A stretch of 64,000 nucleotides of DNA. Origin: an uncultured Desulfatibacillum sp. GTDB taxonomy: Bacteria; Desulfobacterota; Desulfobacteria; Desulfobacterales; SpSt-501. Made by a program: the position numbers and the translations under genes. Under the pieces are notes generated by a model that made no database searches, was not told the DNA's origin, and worked only from the letters and a program-made list of their open reading frames with translations. Positions 23,340 through 32,361 of the stretch are shown here, piece after piece. The DNA is taken from the NCBI GenBank assembly GCA_964570965.1, contig CAZNAX010000001.1, positions 105,469-169,468 of the forward strand, written 5' to 3'. Position 1 is the stretch's first letter. Each line of letters opens with the position of its first letter.

Positions 23340-26300
23340 ATGCCAACAGCCCAACATCTGAGACTTCGGTGCTTCTTGGAAGGAATAGAGGTTCCAATTG
23401 TCTCCGCCTCACTCTCGATCCAACCGGATTCGCCGGCGCAATGTCAGATCCAAATTCCAGCTACTGATCGAGCCCATGATCTTCTGCCACGAACGCTTGT
23501 ACACGTTTTCTACTATGACTATCACGACGGTCCTGGGGATACGTTCAGCGTCCGAGTTGGCAACGAAGATCAGGTTCTAGCTGCTAGACGTCTAGCAGAG
23601 ATGTTGAACGAATCAGAGAATGCCGGCAGTGTTCAGTCCGACACCCAGACGGGTGATACTACTACGTCCGGATCGGTAGCAACTAGAACGACATTCGCGG
23701 AAGATCTACCTGGTCTCACAGGCGTTAGTCTTGACCCAGAAGGCGCACAGTTGCCATCTGAGGGTGCACCATCAACTGCAGTAGCAAGAGTTGAGTCGTC
23801 TCAGATAAGACAGAATGAAAGTGATGATCCACTACGTGATGAGCAGGTGAACGATCAGAACTGGAGACTGTTCTTCTGCGGAGAGGTAATCGGATACCAA
23901 TTTGTGAAGAACTACAACAATCGCGGGATCATCCTAGATTGTATGGACCTATCGCTCTATTGGGATACCTGCTACCAGTACAAGGTCAATGTAGCCTCGC
24001 TCACCGGCAATGCCATGGCCAACTTTGTTGGTGCAGGAACGTCGCTGTGGGATGTGTTCTTCCAGAGTGCAACAAGCTCTCTAGTGGATATCGTTACCCG
24101 TAGATCATATAGTAGACCCGATCTTACTGGACTGCTCTCCGGCATCGTTCACCTACTCGAACGAGTAGGTGGTGTCTACACTTCCCCAGGACGAAGCTTT
24201 CGTGGAGTGAACGACTTCTTCTCGATCGCAGAGCTGCGACTACACCTAGTTGATATGATCTGTGCATCAGAGAATGACAATTCCTCCAGACAGGTATTCG
24301 CACGCAGAGCGTACAATGCGTGGACACGTAGAGAGGGTGGGCAGCTGGGAGAGATTGCTAGCTTCAGGGAGATACTCAATCTGGTCAACAGGTACATCTT
24401 TCACAGCGTGATACCGTGTCCAATAGCGAAGTATGAGCCACCAGATCAAATAGCCACATCCAGATCAGTTCGCTACAACATCATGGACACTCCAGCCGGT
24501 AGAAGGGCTCTGGATCTTGCTAGGCAGATACAAGCTAGAGCTAATGCTCAAAGAGATTGTTGGGCTGAACACGTAGCTAGTGGACTTTCTCTTCCTAGTG
24601 ATCTAGTGCCAACAGCTCGTAGCGAATACGTAGGTATTGCGAGTGCATTAGAGCACAGTTTGATCCCATCACTCAATCAGCTAGGAGCTAGGAATGCGGC
24701 AGTAAAGGCCGTTGTGGCAAGACAAAAAGCCGATAGCATTTCAGCGTATATCAATTTTGCGGAAAGAGTGATCGATGTTACCGTACTAGCCGCAACATCT
24801 GAGGAAGCAGCTAGCGCTATGGATGAATGCGTAAGCGCAATGACCGGGCTACCTCCTCGATCTAGAAATGTTAGTAGCACAAGGAGAGTGTCTGCTAGGC
24901 TGAATTCGCAGATCATGCGCCCGGACATCTTCATGGTAGCCCCACCACGCTGTAACGTGATCTTTCCCGAGTTGTACAGCAGCATGCAGTTCTCTAGGCA
25001 GTTTCTCCGTGAGGTGACCAGGATGCGTCTCACGGTATCCGATGAGATCTTCGGCCCGGACATGTTGCTGGACAACTGGTACTACGCTCCAGATGTCGAG
25101 GTACTTGGTGAAAGAGTTCGTCAGGGAACTACAGATGCCGGAGGCGTAGCAGAGGGAGCTACTCTACAGCGTGCAGCGTACAGCTGCCGCCTAATGGATC
25201 ACGAGCTGTTCACTGGTGTCGTTCCTGTGTTCGAGCGAATGAACGAAGTGAACATGTACGCTGCTCGAGCTCAGATGGTGACAAGGCGTGGGGCAGTAGT
25301 GCCCTATGCAATGCGTGCAGCGCACTTCCAGTTCTTCAAGAACCGTATGGCACCTAGGTCCATGTCGGTAAGCGGGAAGTTCAATCCGTACATAGCTCCT
25401 GGATTCCCAGCTACTGTGATCGATAGGTACATGACCAAGGAGGGAATAGAGATGGCCAACCTACGTGGCATCGATCTCCTCGGTCAATCACTCACGCGAG
25501 GTTGGGCACGAGTTATCGAGGATCGAACAGAGTACGATCGTAATGTCGGCAATGCTGAGTTCTCTCCCATGGATGTGTGGAGCGCACTCAGGAACACGGT
25601 ACCAGTTCAGTTCACGGGACTCTTGATGTCAGTTCAGCACAACGTGTCGCAGGGCTCGGCAGGTACCTCCTATACTCTTTCCACAGCTAGAACGCACAGA
25701 GATCGGGATGAGCTGCTTGGTTCCAACGTTATGCAGGTTTCGCGTAGGCAGCCTGCGCAATCTACCAGGACCAGCTTCGTTGCCGCGTTGGAAGGAGACC
25801 CACCACAAGTAGGACAACTTGGCCCCTACTACGGTCTCATCACAAATGTGATGTCCGTGAGTCGTACTGGAAGCTTTCTTCTTTTCGGTACGTTCGGAGG
25901 TGGAAGGCCGCGAAGAGAAGTTGTCCGAGTTCCCGTTGGTGTTACTCAATCGGCTAGAAGTTACGGCCCAGAAGTCGTTGGTATGGTGGGCAGCCGCGAG
26001 GCAGAGGTCACGTTCCGCGCGTATCAGATCACTGAAGAAGTAGATCGTTGGCGAGGTCAGCGTGTAGAAGTTCCAATGGAGGACTTCCTTCGACCACCTT
26101 GGATGAGCGATGTTTGGGCCAGCGATAGGATTGGTGGAGTATACCAGCAGTTCTTCGGAACAGGTGCTATTACTGATCCAATGATCATTGATACGGGTAC
26201 CGCTCGAGCTACCTACACAGAAGATTACGACGAGACGCATAGTGAGGCTGGAGCACGGAACCAAACGGTGCAGGATCCTATCAGGGCTGATGGTACTACG

Positions 26301-26768
26301 AACCAGACTGCTGACCTCGACATCACCATTGAAAGAGCCATTGATCTATTGGTGAAGTCGTACAGCGAGATCAGGCAAGCCGGTCTAGACGTTCACGAAT
26401 TCATTAGGGCGTATACGTGGCGGCCGGTAGCGACCATCGATGACATGCTGGGAACTAGAGATCTGGAAATGGATCCTGCCACTGGTCGTGTGCTCCGTGG
26501 AGTAGAGGGGTTTCATAGTAGAGCGTTCGGTCGTGGAGAAACTGGAAGCAATCTGCGCAACCTGGTTCCAGAAAACATGGCAGGTACGAACGCTTCTGAA
26601 CAGGAAGAAGACCGATACCATATCGCTGCTCGTCTCTTGGGTATTGGTACTGGAGCTAACCAAGATCGTCGTAATCTGTTGACCAGGCTCGACAAGCGGT
26701 CTGATAAGAGTGAAGCGGTCCTGGCCTACGTTCAAGAGCTATGGGACAGTCGTGGACAGCTTGGTTGA
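23340..26768 (+). CDS. giant virion-module protein (1142 aa)
   Basis: Uninterrupted ORF in the operon; no motif recognised. Confidence 0.75.
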   Translation: MPTAQHLRLRCFLEGIEVPIVSASLSIQPDSPAQCQIQIPATDRAHDLLPRTLVHVFYYDYHDGPGDTFSVRVGNEDQVLAARRLAEMLNESENAGSVQSDTQTGDTTTSGSVATRTTFAEDLPGLTGVSLDPEGAQLPSEGAPSTAVARVESSQIRQNESDDPLRDEQVNDQNWRLFFCGEVIGYQFVKNYNNRGIILDCMDLSLYWDTCYQYKVNVASLTGNAMANFVGAGTSLWDVFFQSATSSLVDIVTRRSYSRPDLTGLLSGIVHLLERVGGVYTSPGRSFRGVNDFFSIAELRLHLVDMICASENDNSSRQVFARRAYNAWTRREGGQLGEIASFREILNLVNRYIFHSVIPCPIAKYEPPDQIATSRSVRYNIMDTPAGRRALDLARQIQARANAQRDCWAEHVASGLSLPSDLVPTARSEYVGIASALEHSLIPSLNQLGARNAAVKAVVARQKADSISAYINFAERVIDVTVLAATSEEAASAMDECVSAMTGLPPRSRNVSSTRRVSARLNSQIMRPDIFMVAPPRCNVIFPELYSSMQFSRQFLREVTRMRLTVSDEIFGPDMLLDNWYYAPDVEVLGERVRQGTTDAGGVAEGATLQRAAYSCRLMDHELFTGVVPVFERMNEVNMYAARAQMVTRRGAVVPYAMRAAHFQFFKNRMAPRSMSVSGKFNPYIAPGFPATVIDRYMTKEGIEMANLRGIDLLGQSLTRGWARVIEDRTEYDRNVGNAEFSPMDVWSALRNTVPVQFTGLLMSVQHNVSQGSAGTSYTLSTARTHRDRDELLGSNVMQVSRRQPAQSTRTSFVAALEGDPPQVGQLGPYYGLITNVMSVSRTGSFLLFGTFGGGRPRREVVRVPVGVTQSARSYGPEVVGMVGSREAEVTFRAYQITEEVDRWRGQRVEVPMEDFLRPPWMSDVWASDRIGGVYQQFFGTGAITDPMIIDTGTARATYTEDYDETHSEAGARNQTVQDPIRADGTTNQTADLDITIERAIDLLVKSYSEIRQAGLDVHEFIRAYTWRPVATIDDMLGTRDLEMDPATGRVLRGVEGFHSRAFGRGETGSNLRNLVPENMAGTNASEQEEDRYHIAARLLGIGTGANQDRRNLLTRLDKRSDKSEAVLAYVQELWDSRGQLG

Positions 26769-26796
26769 GCCGAGATGGGGCGGTATCATAGGTTCG

Positions 26797-29700
26797 ATGG
26801 ACGACTTGAAGAAACAGGCGGTTGGCTACAGAAGTGGCGGTTTCATGCAGGTGCGAAGAGGAACCAGACCACTTCACGTCGAAACCCTCCTACGTCGTAA
26901 GACTCCAGAGTCAGCGGCCAACATCTTCGAGCCGGCCAGGCCAACGACAACAGACAAGACCTTCGAGCAGTCTCTTGCGGCCACAGCTGGTGAGGAGTTC
27001 CAGCCAGCAGAGGCTGAAGAGAAGGTAGCTTCGATCAGTGAGCGTGAGTTCCTTGCGAAGGTCAAGAACGAGGCAGCCAAAGAAGGATTCGACATCTTTG
27101 CGGTAGCCGGTCGACCCGATCAGAATACAGGTGCATCCATATACAGTCGTAAGGGGCCAAAGGACACTTCTGCTGCGTGGAATGCGCGAAAGGCGCACAT
27201 GGAGTGGGAGAAGTCACAGGGAATGGATCCAGCACACGACTGGTCGAAAACTGCGGAGCTGCGCAGAGACAAGACCACAGAGAAGCCTACTCAAGTTGAT
27301 CCGAAGGTTGTCGAGTCGGTAAAGATCAAGCAACTCGGTACCGAGAATGGAAAGAAGGTCTTTCTGGTAAATGGTGCCGATATACGAAACAAGATCGATA
27401 CAGACTTCGCTCTTGGTGGTAACTCTGCGAGGTATAGCTACGTCCCAGAAGGTGAGCTGTGGGTAGAGCAGACAGGTTCAACAGTAGATAGTGACGAGAA
27501 GCATACGATCAAGCATGAGGATCGTGAAGAGAATCTCATGCGTAGAGGTATGAACTACAACCAGGCCCATGGAGAGGCTACAAAGGTTGAGACTGTTGAA
27601 CGCAGAAAGCAGGCTTCCGCAGGAGAGTTCGTAGGAAGACTGGCGCCGCTAGTAGATGATGCGGCGATCCTGGCATGGAGAGCCTATCAGAATAAGCAGG
27701 GAAAGAAGCAGGAGATCCAGGAACCAAAAGTCGGTGAGGTGAAGAAGTCTTCTCTGATCACTGATCTAGAGAAGGAAGCAGCTAAGGAAACAAAGCTGAA
27801 GACAGAGCTTCAACCTTATCAGCAACGGGTAATAGATCGACTAAGGAACCAATCTGGTCTAGTAGTGGCCCATGGACTTGGATCTGGAAAGACTCTCTCC
27901 TCCATCGCTGCTGCTACAGAGCTAGCTCCTGGAGAAGCTGCTGCACTAGTACCAGCAGCTCTGCAGGAAAACTATCTCAAGGAGATCGCAAAGCATACAG
28001 AAGGCGCTTCTCCGGTCAGTGTTGGCAGTCTTCAAAATGCGGTAGTGAAGAAGAACATACCGTCAGCCCCATTGCTGATCGTAGACGAAGCGCATAGGCT
28101 CAGGAATCCGGCAGCAGAAGGCTACCAGTTGATCAGAGACGCTAAGACTGGTAAGCGGATGCTTCTTACTGGATCGCCGGTGTACAACAAGCCAGAGGAT
28201 ATTGCTCCTCTCGTCAACCTAGCCGCCGGCGGTCGTGTTCTTCCTGTTGGATCAGATTTCAACCGTCGTTACGTTCGACAGCCGGGTAGGGGTCTTCTTA
28301 CTCTGATCAATCCTTTTGCGAGTGTTGATCCGAAGATAGTCAACAAGGGAGAGCTAGGTGGGGCACTTCACAAATGGGTTGACTACTACAATCCTGAGGG
28401 TGAAAGATCAGCGGACTATCCAAGCCTCAAAGAGGTAAGGATAGACGTTCCCATGTCAGAGTACCAGACGACGGTACATGATGCTGCTTGGGGTCAAGTT
28501 CCTCTGCTAACTCAATGGCGACTACGAAAGTCGCTTCCACCCAACAAGCAGGAGCTATCAGAGCTCAATAGATTCCAATCGCAGGCTCGGCAGATTGCAA
28601 GCTCTGAGAAGAAGTTTCGCACTGGAGATGATCCAGTTGCCATAGCCCCAAAGATCCAGGAAGCAGCAAGACGACTATCGGATCAGATTGAGACCAATCC
28701 AAGACATCGTGGTCTGGTTTATGCCAACTACCTCGAGACGCTCAATGACTACGCGAAAACGCTGGACGAGAAGGGAATTCCGTACGCGCAATTCCGTGGT
28801 GATATGTCCGCTAAGGTTAGAAACCAGGCAGTAAAGGATTACAACGAGGGTAAGATCAAGGCGCTACTTGTATCCGGTGCTGGTGGTGAGGGGCTTGATC
28901 TGAAAGGGACCAGACAAGTACAGGTACTAGAGCCGCATTGGAACGAAGAAAAGCTGAAGCAGGTAATCGGGAGAGCTAGGCGTCTTGGATCGCATGCACA
29001 TCTTCCACAAGAGGAGAGAAATGTTCTCGTAGAGAACTATTCGTCTTATCCTCAGAGATCATTTCTTGGGGCGATGTTCAAGGGGCGAAAAGGCGTAGAG
29101 GGGATGCTCTACGATATGTCAGCCCAGAAACAGCGATTGAATGATCAAGTAATAGACTTGATGAAGAGTGGACAGCATCGTGAGCGCATAGAAGTCTACG
29201 GCCTTCATAATGGAAAGCTTCTAGCCGGTAGGTTTCCAGATAGATCAGTTGGTGTATACGGAGGCGGTGTAGATCCTGGAGAGACTCACGAACAGGCAGC
29301 CCATCGAGAGTTCTTGGAGGAGTCGGGTTACAACATAGGTAACCTTCGCAGAGTAGATGTTCCCCCATTTGAGTCTCCGTGGGTGGAGGATCATGGTCCT
29401 ATCGAGCTTATGGCGCCCAAACGCCGAGAAGAATACGAATCTAGGCGCAAAAAGTTTCCTTCAGGTCACAAGACGACCTACTTCGCTGGTGAGGTGTCTG
29501 GAGAGCCATCGAAACCAGCAGATGATACGGGGTCACTCGGAAGAGTGAGGCCAATTGATCTGAATAGAGCTATCAAGATACAGCAAGCCGTCCTCTCAGG
29601 GATGACGAACCCTTACGACATTCGTCGTCTGGAAAGTAGGATCGCTGTTCTTGAGTCTCTAAAGGACCCACAGAAAACCGCAGCACGTCGTCCCGAATTC

Positions 29701-31392
29701 CCGAACGGGACAGTTCGGGAAAACGGGATGGCTAAAATTGCTGCTGAAGCAACCACCGGACGTAGAGAGTTCGCTCCCGGAATCCCGACCGGTAGAGTCG
29801 TGCAGAGGATACCTTCTGTGAAGGAGAGTGGTCCAAACGCGGAGTGGACTGCAAGTCTTGCCCTTCACCCAGCTGCAAAGCGTGGCGATCACTACGATCT
29901 ACGTCTAGTGGACTCCAAGGGCAAAGCGCATTCTTGGGCTATCAACAACATCCCTGAGCCGGGTAAGAGCACCTATGCTGCCCAAATGCCAACTCATTCT
30001 GGATCCTACGCCAAGCGTACAGAGCCGTTCACCATTCCGATCAATGTCTATGGTGGTACTAGACCTGGTGCACAGGTAGAGCCGAAGTACGTTCAGCCGG
30101 TGGAGGTGATCTCGGCTAACGACAATCGAGTCCATCTGCTTCGTCATGAAGGACAGAAGACGGAAGAGCTGGTACTTCGTAGAGTCGCAATGGCTGGTGA
30201 TCAAACACCGATCTGGGCACTCCACAACGCCACCAGAACTCGATCGACTCAAGAGGGGCAGCGACTTCCGGATATGAAGCCCAGGTATCAGGAGATCCCA
30301 ATCGGGTCAGTGGATTTCAACAACGACCAGCAGCTCATGACAGCGAAGATCGATGGAGCGCATACCATCGTAGATTTCTACAAGCCTGATCGAATGGCGA
30401 GAACATACTCGTATCGGCCTACTCAACGAGAGAGTGGTGTGATCGAGCATACCTTCAAGTTTCCCAACTTCCAGAACCTGAAGACGCCACCATCGTTGAA
30501 AGGTACTATGATCAGAGCTGAGACGTGGGCCTCCGACTCCGCTGGCAGAGCGATACCAGCGTCTGAGATTGGTGGTCTCCTCAACTCGAACGTGATCAAA
30601 TCAAGACAGGCTCAACAGGAAGGCAATATCACTCTCCGCAGAACTGGCATCGATGTGATCCGCTACAACGGCAAAGACATGTCCACCGCTCCATACGAGA
30701 GAAAGCTTGAGATCTTGAGAGAGGTCAACAAGGCTACCAAGGGCGCTATCGAGCTCCCAATCTCCGCTAGGACTCCGGAAGAGAAGGCCGAGCTGTTGAA
30801 TGCGGTGAAGGCTGGAAGGCTGCCAGAGACCAAGGAGGGGGTAGTCCTCCACGATCTTAGTAGCAGCACGATGATGAAGGCGAAGGTTAGGCCAGATACA
30901 GATGTCTACGTGCGAGAGATCGTCACGAAACCACTGACTGAGGCAAAGGGTCAGGCCGCTGGGTTCAAGTACTCTCTCGAACCAACTGGTCCTATCATCG
31001 GTCATGTCGGTACAGGGTTTTCCACACAGCTACGAAAAGAGATGTTGGAGAGCCCAGATCGTTTCGTTGGTCGAGTAGCCAAGGTCCAATCAGGAGGACA
31101 ACACGTAAGTCGTAGTGGACGGATAGGTGCTCTAGTCGGTTCTCCTGCGTTCAAAGAGTGGCACATCGACAAGACGCCGCCTGAGCTAATGAAGGAGGCA
31201 ACTTCCATTGGGGAGGTAATTAGTAGAGCGGAAAAGGAAGTTGATCCAGAAGCACTAGCTGAACGGTTGATGGAGACTAGTAGAACAGTCAAAGCACTCA
31301 AGCCGATTGTAGAGAGCAGTGTTGTACGTCCTTCACTGTTGAAGCTCAGAAATGAGTATCGAAACATCATAGGGGAAAAACCCGGTGATTGA
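26797..31392 (+). CDS. polyvalent multi-enzyme protein: unknown N-terminal region + SNF2-family helicase + Nudix hydrolase + LigD-type 3'-phosphoesterase-like domain + ATP-dependent ligase
   Basis: Single ORF (track 26710..31392). ATG 26797 is the first ATG after the upstream stop; TTG 26761 is an alternative. See the domain features below for motifs. Confidence 0.85.
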   Translation: MDDLKKQAVGYRSGGFMQVRRGTRPLHVETLLRRKTPESAANIFEPARPTTTDKTFEQSLAATAGEEFQPAEAEEKVASISEREFLAKVKNEAAKEGFDIFAVAGRPDQNTGASIYSRKGPKDTSAAWNARKAHMEWEKSQGMDPAHDWSKTAELRRDKTTEKPTQVDPKVVESVKIKQLGTENGKKVFLVNGADIRNKIDTDFALGGNSARYSYVPEGELWVEQTGSTVDSDEKHTIKHEDREENLMRRGMNYNQAHGEATKVETVERRKQASAGEFVGRLAPLVDDAAILAWRAYQNKQGKKQEIQEPKVGEVKKSSLITDLEKEAAKETKLKTELQPYQQRVIDRLRNQSGLVVAHGLGSGKTLSSIAAATELAPGEAAALVPAALQENYLKEIAKHTEGASPVSVGSLQNAVVKKNIPSAPLLIVDEAHRLRNPAAEGYQLIRDAKTGKRMLLTGSPVYNKPEDIAPLVNLAAGGRVLPVGSDFNRRYVRQPGRGLLTLINPFASVDPKIVNKGELGGALHKWVDYYNPEGERSADYPSLKEVRIDVPMSEYQTTVHDAAWGQVPLLTQWRLRKSLPPNKQELSELNRFQSQARQIASSEKKFRTGDDPVAIAPKIQEAARRLSDQIETNPRHRGLVYANYLETLNDYAKTLDEKGIPYAQFRGDMSAKVRNQAVKDYNEGKIKALLVSGAGGEGLDLKGTRQVQVLEPHWNEEKLKQVIGRARRLGSHAHLPQEERNVLVENYSSYPQRSFLGAMFKGRKGVEGMLYDMSAQKQRLNDQVIDLMKSGQHRERIEVYGLHNGKLLAGRFPDRSVGVYGGGVDPGETHEQAAHREFLEESGYNIGNLRRVDVPPFESPWVEDHGPIELMAPKRREEYESRRKKFPSGHKTTYFAGEVSGEPSKPADDTGSLGRVRPIDLNRAIKIQQAVLSGMTNPYDIRRLESRIAVLESLKDPQKTAARRPEFPNGTVRENGMAKIAAEATTGRREFAPGIPTGRVVQRIPSVKESGPNAEWTASLALHPAAKRGDHYDLRLVDSKGKAHSWAINNIPEPGKSTYAAQMPTHSGSYAKRTEPFTIPINVYGGTRPGAQVEPKYVQPVEVISANDNRVHLLRHEGQKTEELVLRRVAMAGDQTPIWALHNATRTRSTQEGQRLPDMKPRYQEIPIGSVDFNNDQQLMTAKIDGAHTIVDFYKPDRMARTYSYRPTQRESGVIEHTFKFPNFQNLKTPPSLKGTMIRAETWASDSAGRAIPASEIGGLLNSNVIKSRQAQQEGNITLRRTGIDVIRYNGKDMSTAPYERKLEILREVNKATKGAIELPISARTPEEKAELLNAVKAGRLPETKEGVVLHDLSSSTMMKAKVRPDTDVYVREIVTKPLTEAKGQAAGFKYSLEPTGPIIGHVGTGFSTQLRKEMLESPDRFVGRVAKVQSGGQHVSRSGRIGALVGSPAFKEWHIDKTPPELMKEATSIGEVISRAEKEVDPEALAERLMETSRTVKALKPIVESSVVRPSLLKLRNEYRNIIGEKPGD
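27808..29000 (+). other. SNF2/DEAD-like helicase domain of the polyvalent protein
   Basis: LQPYQQ, GLGSGKT (27874-27894), DEAH (28084-28095), LLTGSP, GGEGLDL and QVIGRARRLGS. Confidence 0.85.
29185..29560 (+). other. Nudix hydrolase domain of the polyvalent protein
   Basis: Exact Nudix box G-x5-E-x7-R-E-U-x-E-E-x-G-U, read as GGVDPGETHEQAAHREFLEESGY (29263-29331). Confidence 0.85.
29851..30225 (+). other. LigD 3'-phosphoesterase (PE)-like domain of the polyvalent protein
   Basis: LHPAAKRGDHYDLRLVDSKGKAHSWAI ... THSGSY ... YGGT ... VHLLRHEGQKTEELVLRRV parallels KHAA.RLHYDFRLE..G.LKSWAV ... DHP.DY ... YGAG ... G.KL.G.W.LVR of bacterial LigD PE domains. Confidence 0.65.
30285..31172 (+). other. 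ATP-dependent ligase (nucleotidyltransferase + OB) domain of the polyvalent protein
   Basis: Motif I KIDG (30346-30357), III MIRAETW, IIIa IDVIRYNG, IV EGVVLHD, V MKAKV, OB VGTGFS, VI FKEWHIDK. Confidence 0.85.
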
Positions 31393-32155
31393 TCAACAGA
31401 TAGATCCCGTTCTCGACTTCCTCGAGTTTGCAACCGAGCTGGACAAGGAAGCTGCTGAGGACAGAGCCGAGAAGGACTTTCAGCTCTGGCAGACGTGGAA
31501 GCAGAATGGTAAACAGGCTGATCATCTTGAGCCGCTCATGAAGCAGATCGATCCCCTGATCAGAAGAGCTTCCAACATTTACGCAGGGAAGGTCAACATA
31601 CCAAGATCAGCAGTACATGCAGAGTTTCAGATTCAGGCTATCAATGCGTTAGACAGCTTCAATCCGAATCGTGGAGCTTCTCTTGGTACGCATGTTACCT
31701 GGCATCTCAAGAAGGGCAGGCGATTCATAACCACGTATCAGAATATCGGCAGGATACCTGAGACAAGGATCTACAACATCACCACCTTCCAGAATGCTAG
31801 GGACGAGCTGAAAGATCAACTTGGAAGAGATCCCGCTGCTCATGAACTTTCTGATAAGCTGAAGTGGCCGGTGAACCAGGTATCTGCCATGGAGCTCGAG
31901 CTGCGTAAAGAAGTGCCAACCTCGACTCTTCAGTCAGATATGAGCTCTCTCAAGCCGTCGAAGGAGACTGAAATCATTCGATTGATCCAGTACGAGCTAA
32001 CTCCAGAAGAGAAGATCGTATACGAGCATCTACTTGGGGTGAACGGAAAGCCTCAGCTCAAGCCCGGTGAGATAGCTACAAGGCTCAACATGTCTCCGTC
32101 TAAAGTATCTAGGATCAAAGATAGTATTGGCGCCAAGGTAAAGAAGTACTACTGA
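31385..32155 (+). CDS. sigma-70-family RNA polymerase sigma factor (group 3/4-like)
   Basis: Region 2 (FQIQAINALDSFNPNRGASLGTHVTWHLKKGRRFI..IGRIPE), region 3 and a region 4 HTH (LKPGEIATRLNMSPSKVSRIKDSIGAKVKK). GTG 31385 overlaps the polyvalent gene stop by 8 nt. Confidence 0.8.
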   Translation: MIDQQIDPVLDFLEFATELDKEAAEDRAEKDFQLWQTWKQNGKQADHLEPLMKQIDPLIRRASNIYAGKVNIPRSAVHAEFQIQAINALDSFNPNRGASLGTHVTWHLKKGRRFITTYQNIGRIPETRIYNITTFQNARDELKDQLGRDPAAHELSDKLKWPVNQVSAMELELRKEVPTSTLQSDMSSLKPSKETEIIRLIQYELTPEEKIVYEHLLGVNGKPQLKPGEIATRLNMSPSKVSRIKDSIGAKVKKYY

Positions 32156-32361
32156 TGACGACAAGAGACGAAAGACTTGTAACTCTTCGAGATGCCGTTG
32201 ATCGTTGGGCAGATGCAGAAGAGCGCAGACTCCAGGAGGAGAAGACGTTCCTCCAGTCTGTGTTCAACGGTCGTACGAATGGCGGTCAACTGTCGCGGTA
32301 CATCACAGAGGAAGCATCGTCTCTCCTTGAGGACGAAGTGAATTCCTTTTTGACGGGATGA
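32155..32361 (+). CDS. hypothetical small protein
   Basis: 68 aa; ATGA overlap with the sigma gene. Confidence 0.6.
   Translation: MTTRDERLVTLRDAVDRWADAEERRLQEEKTFLQSVFNGRTNGGQLSRYITEEASSLLEDEVNSFLTG

Noticed and set aside
25629-26264. 211-aa minus-strand ORF inside the 1142-aa gene. The same applies to 3428-3928, 10760-11248, 12847-13365, 55190-55615 and 57236-57700.
   Set aside because: All lie fully inside better-supported plus-strand genes and lack SDs and motifs. Long antisense ORFs are expected given the codon bias.
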